Positions 25,965 through 38,086 of a stretch of DNA of 64,000 nt are shown here, piece after piece. Every line of letters begins with the position of its first letter. The stretch's first letter is position 1. The stretch spans positions 4,898,001 through 4,962,000 of the forward strand of contig NC_091478.1 in assembly GCF_036971445.1 (NCBI RefSeq), in the 5' to 3' direction. The position numbers and the translations under genes are program-made. The notes beneath the pieces are model-generated. The model was not told where the DNA came from. It saw only the letters and a program-made list of their open reading frames with translations, and did no database searches. The stretch is from Narcine bancroftii (lineage: Eukaryota).

Positions 25965-28351
25965 CTTTCCCCTTTCCATTCCTCTCCCCAGCCCCATATT
26001 TTTATTCAGAGATCGACCGGATTTTCCAGATTCCTGATGAAGGACACAGGCCCAAAACGTTGATTACCTTTTACATCCAATCTGGGTGCACGACCCGCTG
26101 AGTTTCTCCAACTCTCTTGTGCGCTGCAGGAAGCAAAGGAGCTTGTTGGCCTACAATAAGCTGACACAAATAAACCCAGAGGAGCAGCATTGCAGTTAGT
26201 TGGGATGCTTGGAAATTGGAACACAGCCTCGAAAGGTCCAGGTGTGAGCGTGACTGAAAATTGGGTCAGCAGGCAGGTGGCAAAGAATCATTTAATTACC
26301 ATGAGGGAGTGAAACAAAAGCCTTGTCGAGCCTATGGTTGCAGTGAAAACACACAGTCAATGCCAGAGGAACTCAGCTGGTCTTGCAGCATCCATGGGAA
26401 GTCTTTATTGAGATGCCTGCTTGCATTTTGCTTTTCATCCAGCATTTACTGTATGTTGTTTATTTAATTCACCATCAACAGCTTCACTTCCATTATAACT
26501 GGATTCATTTCATGGCACCATCCCACTTTAACCTCCTTACTTAACCCCACCATTTTTAGCTAATATTTGTGCTTACATCTACCACAAACATATATATCCT
26601 CAAGGTAGTGGACACAGGCCAAGACATTACAGGCAAAACCCTCCCCACTATTGAGTACATCTCCAGGGATCATTGCCATTGGAGGGCAGCAGCAATCCTC
26701 AAGGATTCACACCACCCAGCACACGCTCAGTACTCACTGCTGCCATCAGGAAAGAGGAAAGAGTCGCATCACCAGGTTCAGGAACAGCTGCTACCCCTCC
26801 ACCATCAGACTCCTCAACAACACACTCAATCAGGGACTCATTAAAGGGACTCTTACTTGTGCACTTTATTGATTGATCTTCTTTGTTTTCTCTTTATTGC
26901 TCAGTTGGTTGTCTATTTACAGTTCTTTTATTTGTTGACATGATTACACTGTGTACAGTTTATTTTTGCACAACCAATTAGGGGTCATTCTGCCGCGCCC
27001 ACAGGAAACGGAATCTCAGGGTTGTATGTGATGTCATGTATGTACTCTGACAATATACCTGAAATCTGATACATTTATATCGTTTTTTTTAGTATTTTTC
27101 TCTACCTAAGCATTTTTTGCAAAGATTTGCAAATCAAAAGAACTGCATATAAATTCCCTGCTGAGATTCTCCATGTCCACTGAGCCCTTGTGCTTCTTGC
27201 TTAGTCTTTCTTCATCGGGCTCTTGCTTTTGATCTTCTCTGGGCTTTTCAGCAACTCAGGGGTTCATGGAGTGTCGTTTCGAACCTAATAGAGCGACACC
27301 CTGAGGACTTGGCTCGGGCCTGAACATATGCTTTGATATTTTGTTAAGTCATGTATAGCTTTGTGCAATCAACAGACTTCCTCTGGAGCAACAGAATATA
27401 TTTTGCAGCACAATTAAAAGACCTGCTTTATTATTCATAATATTGATGAACTGCCTTTACTTAATCTGGATCAAGAGGATTTTTTCACAGCAAATATAAA
27501 ATATAGAGGATAAAGTACGTTGTTCCATTTGACAATAAGTCTCCTCCATTAAAGGCTCATCAAGTCAAGTGTATTGTCATCTGGTAACACAAGTACAACC
27601 TGATGAAGCAGCGTTCTCCACTCCTCGGTGCGGACACACAACCGGACAGAGCACGCATACCAGCAGCCAACATGTGTCAGACAAGTATTCAAATATACAA
27701 ATAAATAAATAAATGTTGTTTCATGAATATGAGCATCTCGGATTGGTTGTTCACCATCCTCGCTGCCCGTGGGAAGAAGCTGTTCCTCAGCCTGATGGGG
27801 CTGTCTCTGATCCTCCTGGATCTCTTCCCCAATGAGAGCAGCTGAAAGATGCTGTGTGCCTCAACAATTTTGCACGCTCTCTTCAGACAACAATCCTGGG
27901 AGATAACATCGATTGGTTGAGGGGGGGGCACTCCAGTGATCCTCGCTTCCACTCTTATGGTCCTGTCGATCGACCTTCAATCCATTTATCTGTAGCAACT
28001 GTACTCATGTGACTTAACATCAACGTGATTATAGCCTGGACTGCAGAGCAGTTAACGCATCTCATGAAGTGATGCCAGTGCATTTTATTGAAGTGAATTT
28101 GCAGCTTTCTTAAATTTCAGATCCTTAGAAAGCAGGAAAATTATTAGTAACTGTCATTAAGGATACCCTGTCATGAAGGATTCCATAATCTTTCCAATAA
28201 TTACTTCTCATCCTTACATTTTGGCCCTGAATCCCCATTAGCACCCTTTCCAAATAAGATCAACCTTCTAAAATACTCCCACTTGATGGATGTTGTTTTA
28301 CCTGCAAGCAGCTGGCTCCCAATCTACTTTGGCCAAGTCTGTTTTTAATGC

Positions 28352-28932
28352 ACCTGCTGGATTTACCTATGGGCTGGACGGGCTGCAGGCCAAGGCTTTG
28401 TAATCTAGGGAGGCCTCAGCCGCTTGCCAAAAAAATTTAACCTTAATTTTATTTCATTTGTTGCGCTAAAAATCAGGGGTGCACTTGGGCCAAAATATTG
28501 TGTAAGCACAAATCCAAACTTCAGGAACACATTGATAGGAGTGGTGAAAGCACTCGCCCTTGATTTTACTATCTTGGCCCAGTTGCTTAGTAACATCAAA
28601 CAGTTACACAAGTTTTCATGCGGGATTTTCCCACATGACCAATTCACAACTTGTGGGAATTCTGAATTCTTTGCACATGCTGACGAGAGCGCAGAGATCA
28701 CAGCATGCGTTTTGAGAACAAGTGAAGATTTCTTTTTAACATCCTTGTGACTCACAATAATATTTAATTTTGACTTTTTGTGAAAATAATAATGAGTAAG
28801 TGATATGAAAGTGGTGTTAGTAAGTAGATAAAGAAGAGAATGAGGTTTTGTTTCGCATAAATAGATGCTATTAAGTTCAGGACTCCCAGGATCTCCTAGC
28901 CCAGGGCCTCAAGTTGCGTTAATCCGGCACTG
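28352..28932. mobile_element. Non-autonomous hAT (Tip100-like) remnant
   Basis: Right end TTAATCCGGCACTG with GCCCAGGGCC subterminal motif; degenerate left counterpart; no TSD found. Confidence 0.45.
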
Positions 28933-31823
28933 GTGAAGTTAATGAAACAGGCCTTCGTCCTACTTTAGGATTTGTGAACTCTCTTCTGTAACTACCTTGA
29001 AACATTAATTATGATCACGATTCTCAAAATGCATTGACGCTTGTCTGGCTTCATTTCTCAGGATTATGTTGAGCAATGCCTCTTCTCCAATAAAAATATT
29101 AATATATTAGTTCATAAGACTCTCCCGAATGCCCTTTACAAATTCTTCATAGTCTAAGCGCCACACAATAGGGTGCATTGATTTCGAGTTATAGATCATC
29201 AAAACCTACAGTACTTTTCATTGCTTGTTCTGTAGTTTATTCCTGAATCAATTATTTATTAGTAACATTTCAGAGCTATATTTTCCACATCTAAAAGTTC
29301 CAAAAGTAATTGACTGGAATGTTTCAGGAAATCAATTAAATATGTTGTTTATTTTTAAAGTGTTTTACTAAAGTCCATTGATAATGCTATTTCAAAAAGG
29401 ATTAATGAATGTCAGGCCATTAATATAAACATGGCAACTGTGCTTCGCAAAACCTGTTTATTTGTCTTGTGGTGAAAGGCTTTTAAATATTAAGTCTGTT
29501 CATTCTTCATACTATATCTGATGAAGAACTGGAAATTTGCACTGCTGATTGTCAGCTGCAGTATCAATAAGCGGAATATAGGAGGAGTGTTGTTGAGAAT
29601 GTATTAATTCCTGATGAATCTGAAACAAAATAATAGAAGTAGAAACTTGGACAATTTGATTTTAAACGCTTTAGGTCAGAATCTGCAATCAGGAAGGAGC
29701 CGTCCCCACACCAGCCACTAACTTCCAAAAAAAGATCAAACTCACCTGGAGAAATCTGGATTACCGTAAATTATGGTGGAGCACCAGTAACATTACTTAC
29801 ATTGAAACTTCAGTGATGTAAAATTGTTCTGTGCTTGAGTGAGAAAACAGATTTGATGGGTTTCAAAAGCACAGTTTGACAGCAAATGATTTTATTTACA
29901 AAAATCGAGCATGGGTAACAGGAATAAAACATGCATGCAATTTATAGCAAGCGTGGAAAAGTCGCACCGGGAATGAAATACACACACACACACATAATGA
30001 ACTGGGTAAAAACAATCAATACAATACCCACTTCCCACACATCACTGCTCGATGCTACTTGAGACACCAGCTAAAATGTCCCAACTCTATAACCAGTGCA
30101 CATCTTACCAACAATTTCTTCAATACTGTTCCACGATACTTGACCTGGAGTGATGCAGGGTGGTCCCTCGAAGATGGCAAAGCAGAGAGCTGAGCACACA
30201 AGGTCCGTCCCAGGTCATTTACAGGGATACAATGGCTCATTGCCAGGAAGATTAAGTAAATTTTAAAGGCCAAGTACAAAGGATTTTAAATTAGCCAATG
30301 GCAAGGTGTGCACTAAATGGGTAGGGCAGGGCTGGATTCTGAGACTTTCTGAGATTTCCTGCTTCTGGCTCATTCTTCTTATTCCTCGAAGAGAGGGCTC
30401 AGACCCGAAACATCGGCGATATATCTTTGTCTCCTATAGACACTGAAAAGACCAGCTGAGTTACTCCAGCATTTCGGTGTGTTTTTACTACAATCCTCAC
30501 AGCATCTGCAGACTTTTGTGTTTCACTGAAGTCAGGTCGAGCAATAGTCCTGGGGGTGGGCGGGGGGAGGACTGGAAACAGTGGTTGGGGAAAAGGTAGG
30601 ATAGTCTGTGGCCACAAAAGACACTCCAGGATAATGTGTTGCCTCCCGGATGCTTGGGTCCAGGATGCCTCCCAGTAGGTGCAGAATATTGTTAAGGGGG
30701 CAGGTGAGCAGCCAGAGATCATGGTATCTATTGGTATCAATAACATAGGCAGGAGTGGGGAAGAGGTTCTGCAAAGTAAGTTTAGGGTTAGGAAAGAAGC
30801 CGAGGAGCAGGGCCTCCATGGTTGAAATCTCTGGATTATTCCCGGTGCCACAACTTGGGGAAGGTCAGAGCAAGAAGATGGTCCAGACAAACGAGTCCCC
30901 GACGAGATGGATCACGGGGCAGGATTTCAAGTTCTTGGATCATGGAAATTTTGTTCTGAGGGAGGGGTGACCTGTATAAGTGGGTCGGTTTGCACCTGAA
31001 CTTGAGGGGAACCAGCATGCTGGGAGGAGGTTTGCTAATGCTGTTGGGGGACAGGTGGGTGGAGGTTTAGGCTAGATTAGATTTGTGGGGAGTGGGGGGG
31101 GGGAGGTGGGAACCAAAGTGAAAAGGCAGGGGAAGAGGTAGGTGGTGCACAAGTAGGGACAGCTGGTAGGTAGTTTGTGTGGAAGGACAGGCAGATGGGA
31201 CAAAATGGCAGCCATGGGGATGTGTAACAGAGTCAAAAGTTACAAATACAGGGCTAAAGGTTTTGTATTTAAATGCACGCAGCTTAAGAAATAAAGTGGA
31301 TGACCTTGTAGTATAGCTGCACATGGCAGGTATGACGTTATGGGCATCACAGAGTTGTGGCTAAAGGATGGATGACATTGGGAGCTAAATGTCCAAGGAT
31401 ACAGAGTCTATTGAAAAGATAAGCAGGCCAGCAGAGGGGGTGGTAAGGAACAACATTAAATCATTAGAAAGAGGTGATATAGGATCAGAATATATAGGAT
31501 TATTGAGGGTTGAATTAAGAAATGGCTCGGTTAAAAGACACTGTTGGCAGTTATGCACAGAGCTCCAAACAGTAGCTGAGTGTGGACCACAAATTACAAC
31601 AGCAAATAGAAAAGAGAATGTTGTGGCATTGATGGGGGATTTTTAACATGCAGTTGGGTAAACCAGGTTGGGACTGGATCTCAAGAGAGAAGTTGTAGAA
31701 AACCTACGAGTGGCTTTTTAGAGCATCTTGTTGATGAGCGCGCAAGGGGATCAGCGCGCAAGGGGATCAGCTGTACTGGATAGGGGGTTGTGTAATGCAC
31801 CAAGGTGATTAGAGAGCTCAGAG

Positions 31824-32198
31824 CAGTGGTTCTCAACCTTTTTCTTTCCATCCACATCCCACTTTTAAGTATTCCCTATGCCATAGGTGCTCTGTGATTA
31901 GTAAGGGATTGCTTGAGGTGGGATGTGGGTGGAAAGAAAAAGTTTGAAAACCACTGTTTTAATCGTCCCTAATTGACTCGTTATGTACATTTTTTCAGAA
32001 CTCCAAAGGAAATGGGCCAATGGCAATTTTTCTCAAGCAAAATAGTTCAGTAATAATTGGGTCTGGAGCAGTGAGTCTCAACCTTCCCTTCCCGCTCACA
32101 TCCCACTTTAAGCAATCCCTTATAATCACAGAGCACCGATGGGACAGGGAATACTTAAAGTGATATGTGAGTGGAAAGAAAAAGGCCGAGAGCCACTG
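31824..32198. mobile_element. hAT-Charlie-type composite MITE, copy 2
   Basis: Collinear with 1276-1645; TSD gctcagag/gcttagag. Confidence 0.88.
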
Positions 32199-32871
32199 GC
32201 TTAGAGTAAAGGAACCATTAGGGGTAATGATCACAATACAATCGAGTTCAATTTGATATTTACCAAGGAGGAAATAAAATTGGGAGTACTGATATTTCAG
32301 TGAAGTACAGGGAATTCCAGTGGCCCGAGAGAGAAATTGGCCAGAGTCGACTGGAGGTGGGCACGAGCAGGGAAGGTGGCAGTGCAGCAGTGAATGGAGT
32401 TTCTGCAAGAAATGAGGTTGCAGGATAAATACCTATCAAAAAAGAGGAAGTATTTGAATGGAAAAATATTAAAACAAGGGAAATCAAGGCCAACGAAAAA
32501 GCAAAAGTGAGGGGATACAAGGAAGCAAACATTAATAGGAAGACAGAGGATCAGAAAGTTTTTAAAAACTTGCAGAAGGTATCTAAAATATTCATGAGGG
32601 AAAAGATTGCACAACCAATCAACCACAATCAGAGAGAGAGCTGTGATTAATAGGCTTTAATTACCTTAAAGTGTCAGCACAGGCAAGTCCTGAGGGAGGG
32701 ATTTCAACATAACAGCCTTTGTGGGGATATCTGGGAGGGAGGAGTCGCAGGTACAGGGGGTGGGCCAGCCCATACATACATCTATACACAGAGTAGTAGC
32801 ACCACTGAAGTATGAAAGTAGACAAGAAAATAATATCAAAGAGGATACAAAAAGCTTTAGCAAATACAGGG

Positions 32872-32966
32872 TTTCTTTGGCTTGGCTTCACGGACGAAGA
32901 TTTATAGAGGGGGTAAATGTCCACGTCAGCTGCAGGCTCGTTTGTGGCTGACAAGTCCGATGCGGG
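32872..32966 (-). mobile_element. RTE 3' tail fragment
   Basis: Reverse complement of the RTE 3' end. Confidence 0.9.
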
Positions 32967-34460
32967 GTATATAAAGAGTAAATGAGAGGTGAGGGTAGAT
33001 AGAGCATTATTAGAAAATGATGCAGGAGAAAGAATAATGAGAGACAAGGAGAAGGTAGAGGAACTAAACGGGAAGTGCACTTTACTATTTCTGGAGGGAA
33101 GATGTTAAGAAAGCTGAATGGTCCATGACTCTCAGGGTATATGTATCTCCTGGGTTGTATCCTTGGGTTCTGAAATACGTAGCAGTAGAGATTATGGAGA
33201 CATTGGTAATGATCTTTAAGGAATCAATAGACTCTGGTATGGTCCTGGAGGGCTGGAAAATTGCAAATATCACCACTCTATTCAAGAAGGGAGGGAGGCA
33301 TCAGAAAGGAAATTATAGGCTGGTTTAGCCTGATGTCAAATGATTGGGGAGATGTTGGAGTCGATCGTCAATGATGAGGTAACTGAGTACTTGGAGACAT
33401 AAAACAAGATAGGTTGAAGCCAGCATAATTTCCTTAAAGGAAAATCTTGCTTGACATACCTATTGGAATACTTTGAAGGTGATAACCGGGTGAGATAAAG
33501 GAGATGTGGTTGATGTTGTGTATTTGAATTTTCAAAAGGCAATGAGGTGACTTAACAAGATAACAGCCCATTGTCTAACAGTTAATATACTAGTGTGGGT
33601 AGAGCATTGGCTGATTGGCAGGAAGAAGAGAGTCAGAATACAGGGATCATATTCTGTTTGCTGCCAGTTGCTGGTGGTGTTCCACAGGGGTCGAATTGGG
33701 GCCGCTTCTTTTTAGGATGTATGTAAATGATTTGGATTGTGGAATGAATGGCTTTGTGGCCAAGTTTGCAGATGATATGAAGGTAGGTGGAGGGACAGGT
33801 AGTGTAGGGGAAACAGGGAGGTTGCAGAAGGACTTAAACAAGTTAAAAGAATGGGCAGAGAAGTAGGAAATTAAATCCAATGTTGGAAAGTGTAGTGATG
33901 AACTTTGATAGAAAAAAAATAAATGGGCAGACTATTTTTAAATGGGGAGAAAATTAAAAATACTCAGATGTAAAGGAACCTGGGGAGTTCATTTGCAGGA
34001 CAGCCTGAAGTAAACTCGCATGTTGAGCCAGAGGTAAAAAAGGGAAATGCAACGCTGGCATTCATTTTGAGGAATAGAATACAAGTGCTTATTTATCCAA
34101 GATCCTTAGGACTGGACACTTCTCGGTGTTCAGATTATTCCAGATTATGGAATTAAAATGGCGCCAGTACAGATTCAGGGAAAATATAAGCCCTTTTCAT
34201 GGAGCGATGCCACATTGAGGTTGGCTCAATGAGCAATGGCCATCTTTGTTACCCATAATCCCCCACACAGCTGGACCCACTCTGCATCATGGGTAATGAA
34301 GACACCCATTGATCCTGCATTAAAACAAAAAGAGGCTCACCCCACTGGGCTCCGCCACACCCTTGTCTGCCTCATTCTAGTCCAACTTGGCTGCCTTTGG
34401 ACTGCTTCCCATCATCTGGTCTCTCTGCACTGGCTCAGCTGCCAGGGATGGGGGAGCTTC

Positions 34461-34602
34461 CCATTACCTACTCCTCCCTTGGTCCCATTACCTACTCCTC
34501 CCTTGGTCCCATTACCTACTCCTCCCTTGGTCCCATTACCTACTCCTCCCTTGGTCCCATTACCTACTTCTCCCTTGGTCCCATTACCTACTCCTCCCTT
34601 GG
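34461..34602. repeat. About 6 x 24-bp minisatellite (CCCATTACCTACTCCTCCCTTGGT)
   Basis: Directly visible; lies in a GC-rich insert (about 34083-34770) within the CR1. Confidence 0.93.
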
Positions 34603-35269
34603 GCCTGGCTCTTGCTGCTTCTCAGGCTCAGCCGATACCTGGCATCCCCTTGGCCTCACTCCCTCTGGCACCGTTGGCTTGCTTCTCTCCTCCTTCCTCT
34701 TGCGTCGTGGGGCTCATTACCCAGGTCCCTTCACCCTCTGGCCCCGGCGGCTTGGCCAGCTCGGACTCTCCTTGACAGCCTGTACCCATTGGAATTTAGG
34801 AGAGGGAAAGGAGATCTCATTGAAACATTTTGAATGTTGAAAGGTGCGGACAGAGTAGATGCAGAAAGGTTGTTTCCCATGATAGGATAGTCTAGGACAA
34901 GAGGGCACAATTTCAGGTTTGAAGGGCAACCACTTTAGGATAGAGATGTGGAGGAATTTCTTCAGCCATCTATGAATTTGTGCTACAGCCGGTTGTGGAG
35001 GCCGGGTCATTGGGTGTATTTAAGGCAGATATTGATAGGTTCATGATTAGCCAGGCCAGCAAAGGTTATGGGGAGAAGGCCGGGCAGTGGGACTAAGTGG
35101 GAAAATGGATCAGGTCATGATTAAATGGCAGGGCAGACTTGATGGGCTGAATGGCCTACTCCTTCTCCGATGTCTTATGGTCTTAAAATAGATTTATAAT
35201 AAATGTCATAACTATGATTCGGTAGAAAAACAAGCTATCAAAAGTGAAAGAAACTGCAAAACGAAAAGT

Positions 35270-36590
35270 ATCCTTGAAGCTGATCAAGTAATTGCACATA
35301 TCCTTTCCATAAACATAAAAATATGAAAAGAATCAAAAGAATGAGAGGGAAAATGAAACTCTAATGAGGAGAGCTTTTTAAAGGAGATGGGGAATATTTG
35401 AGAAACTGCATGATCCGTTTGCACAAGTCCTGTGGAAAGACAAGAATGATGGAAAATGTTGTCCACGTGACCATAAAGGAGAAATTGGACAGGGTTGAAA
35501 AGAAAGAGCAGTTCAATTGTGATCAACTAACTTGATTATGTTATTTAATGGAAATGGCAGGTGTTGTTGAGGGTAATGTGGTTGATATTCTTTATATTCT
35601 GTATACTTTCAAAGGGTGCTGGTTTAGCTGGCAGTGGTACATGAATAACAATTGGCTGAGTGTGAGAAGCGGATGGTTTTACTGAAAAGCAGACTGGAAA
35701 GGATTGTGCAGTGGTGTTCCCTGGAGATCAGTGTGAGGGCACTTCTTTGTGACAATTTTAAAATACTTGGTCTTCAGTACAATAACATCATTTCACAAGT
35801 TTGCTGAAGATGCAGAGATCAAAAACTGTATGAAATGGCAACAAGAATATCAATAGAATTCAGGTTCATAAAGTAAATGGCTTGCCACACGTCACATGGA
35901 ACTTAACACAGGAAGATTAATTTGTTAAGTACACTAAATAATTCCCGGGCAAAGTCAATGGTGCATTTTAAAAAAGAGGCAAAAAAGCAGAGAGCCAGGG
36001 GAGATAAATATACAGTGACTGAGCACTGGCGAAAGCTGTTAAAAGGTCATACAAAATCCTGTGATTTATATCACACAGAGTGCAAAAGCTCCAACCTTAT
36101 TAGTTCTCAATTGGCCAGATTTTAGAAAAAATGTCATAGATTTAGAGAGAACTTGAAGAGATTTACAAGAATATTACCAGTATTGAAGGAATTGAAATGA
36201 CTGGAAATCCCCAAGAATTGAGGGTTGTTGGCCTTTCCAATGAGACAAGATTTTGGGAAGACGTTTACAATCACAAAGGGTTTTGATAGAATGGTGAGGA
36301 GAAACCATTTCCCAGAACTGTAACCAGAAGAAAGAAATGACAAAAGAATGAGACAGCAAGAAAAAAAAATCATGTTTACCATCTATAATACTCTGCCTGA
36401 AAATATAATGGAAGTAAATTCAGTAACTGGTTAGGAAATGAATAGGATAACTATTAATGAGGGGAACATGTTTAAGAGTGAGGGGAAAGAATCAGACAGT
36501 GGGAGTAAGTGGACTCCTCTTGCAAGTGGCAGCCACAGGTACTACACGCAATTTGGTGGCCTGCAATGCATTATTTTATGGTCCTTTGAT
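35270..36590 (+). mobile_element. Older, highly decayed CR1 RT/3' fragment
   Basis: SGVPWRSV.G and SKFAEDA-like remnants in CR1 order. Confidence 0.55.
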
Positions 36591-36692
36591 TCCACCTCAA
36601 TATAATGTAATTACATAATTATTCTTGAAGAAATAACTATCTTTCAAGTAAAGGTTAATGATTTATTTAAACAAGATAATATTCATGTAATA

Positions 36693-38086
36693 TCATCCTT
36701 ATTCATTCTATAATGTCATTGGATAGAAATTACAGTGATTGCTGTTAATATGTCGAAATATTTTACCAGAGTTAGTACGTCCAATCATACAATCAGGTGG
36801 AAATATGATGAAAGTCAAATTAATCTTCCTTTAACAATGTCATTGCCAGTGATTGATTACCAATCGCAAGGATAATATTCATATGTAATAATTTGCATAA
36901 CAAATTGCATAATGTAGAATGAAAACAAATTTGATATGTATGTATTCTCGAAAGATGCACCTGCTCTCTGCTAATTTGCGGGATAATTCAAAAGTGGGTG
37001 CTGAAATAATAATGGGAAATGAATAATAATTTTTTTTTTAATTTTTATGCCCTGCTTCTACAAAAGTTGAATAGTTAGATTGAAATAGTCCCAAAAAAAC
37101 AAAAATTAAAAAAATAAAGATACAGGTGTTATGTATTTTTAAGCTTCCCTTATTTCTGAGCTCTATTTAGAAAGTCTTGAGAATGTTGGGCAGCCTCTGG
37201 GGAGAGAGAAATCAGCTAGTGTATTGTGGCTTCGTACAACTTTTCCGCTGACAACCTCACCAGGTGAAACAGGAAAGTCTGCAGACGCTGTGATTGCAGT
37301 AAAAACACAAAAATGCTGGAGAAACATCAGTTCCCCCAGCATCTGAACCAACATTTCTGGCCTGAGCTCTTCATCAAGGTATGAGCGAACAGCAGGCAGA
37401 CGCCTAAATAAAATGGAGGGGGGGGGGGGGAGGAGGCAAGAAGGAGCAAGGGAGGAACACAGGCCCACGGGCAAGGGGCAATAGATGGACATGGATAGGA
37501 GGGCAGGAAAGGAAAGCTGAGAATTGATCAGGGGAGGAGGGTACCTCTGCGAATGCAAAGTAGAAAGAAAGGAGAGAGACAGACAGGAAGAAGAGATGGG
37601 GATGGGGGTGGGTATGTGTGTGGGGGATGACAGTAACCAGAGAATTTGATGTTCATGCTGTCTTGTTGGAGGATGCCTAGAGAGTTTATGAGGTGTTGTT
37701 CCTCCAATTTGCGGGTGGTCTCAATTGGCTGTGCACGAGACCATGGACAGACATGGCATGGGGAATTGAAATAGGTGGCCACTGGGAGATGCCCACTATT
37801 TCAGTGGATAGCCCGAAGGTGCTCAACGAAGCGATCCCCCTGTCTCTCCAATGAAGGAGGATCACAATGGGAACATTGAACACAGTAAATTTCCAGTGAT
37901 TGACCTTGCGATTGGTAATCAATCACTGGCAATGACATTGTTAAAGGAAGATTAATTTGACTTTCACCATATTTCCACCTGATTGTATGATTGGACGCAC
38001 TAACTCTGGTACAATATTTTGACATATTATCACTCTCCAATCACTGTACTTTCTATCCAATTACATCATAGAATGAATAAGAATGA
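36693..38086. repeat. About 180-bp inverted repeat (arms 36693-36871 and 37904-38086)
   Basis: The arms are reverse complements, roughly 90% identical by eye, with a spacer of about 1 kb. Confidence 0.92.
37260..37900 (-). mobile_element. Penelope-like element terminal fragment
   Basis: ATYFNS...RKLEEQHLINSLGILQQDSMNI, followed by the PLE terminal repeat (ttgatgaagagctcaggccagaaatg). Confidence 0.75.

Larger units (their letters stand above)
30560..35185 (+). mobile_element. Near full-length decayed CR1 (ORF1 esterase-like, APE, RT, tail) with nested insertions
   Basis: CCLPDA.VQD, LYLNARSLRNKVDDL, VALMGDF, WKIANITTLFKKG, YVNDLD..VAKFADD; tail gtcttatggtctta. Confidence 0.85.

Noticed and set aside
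21143-26101. ORFs of 340-1620 aa (poly-Pro/Ser, GEEDE, RGG)
   Set aside because: Produced by N gaps and a stop-free 15-bp array open in many frames; not genes.
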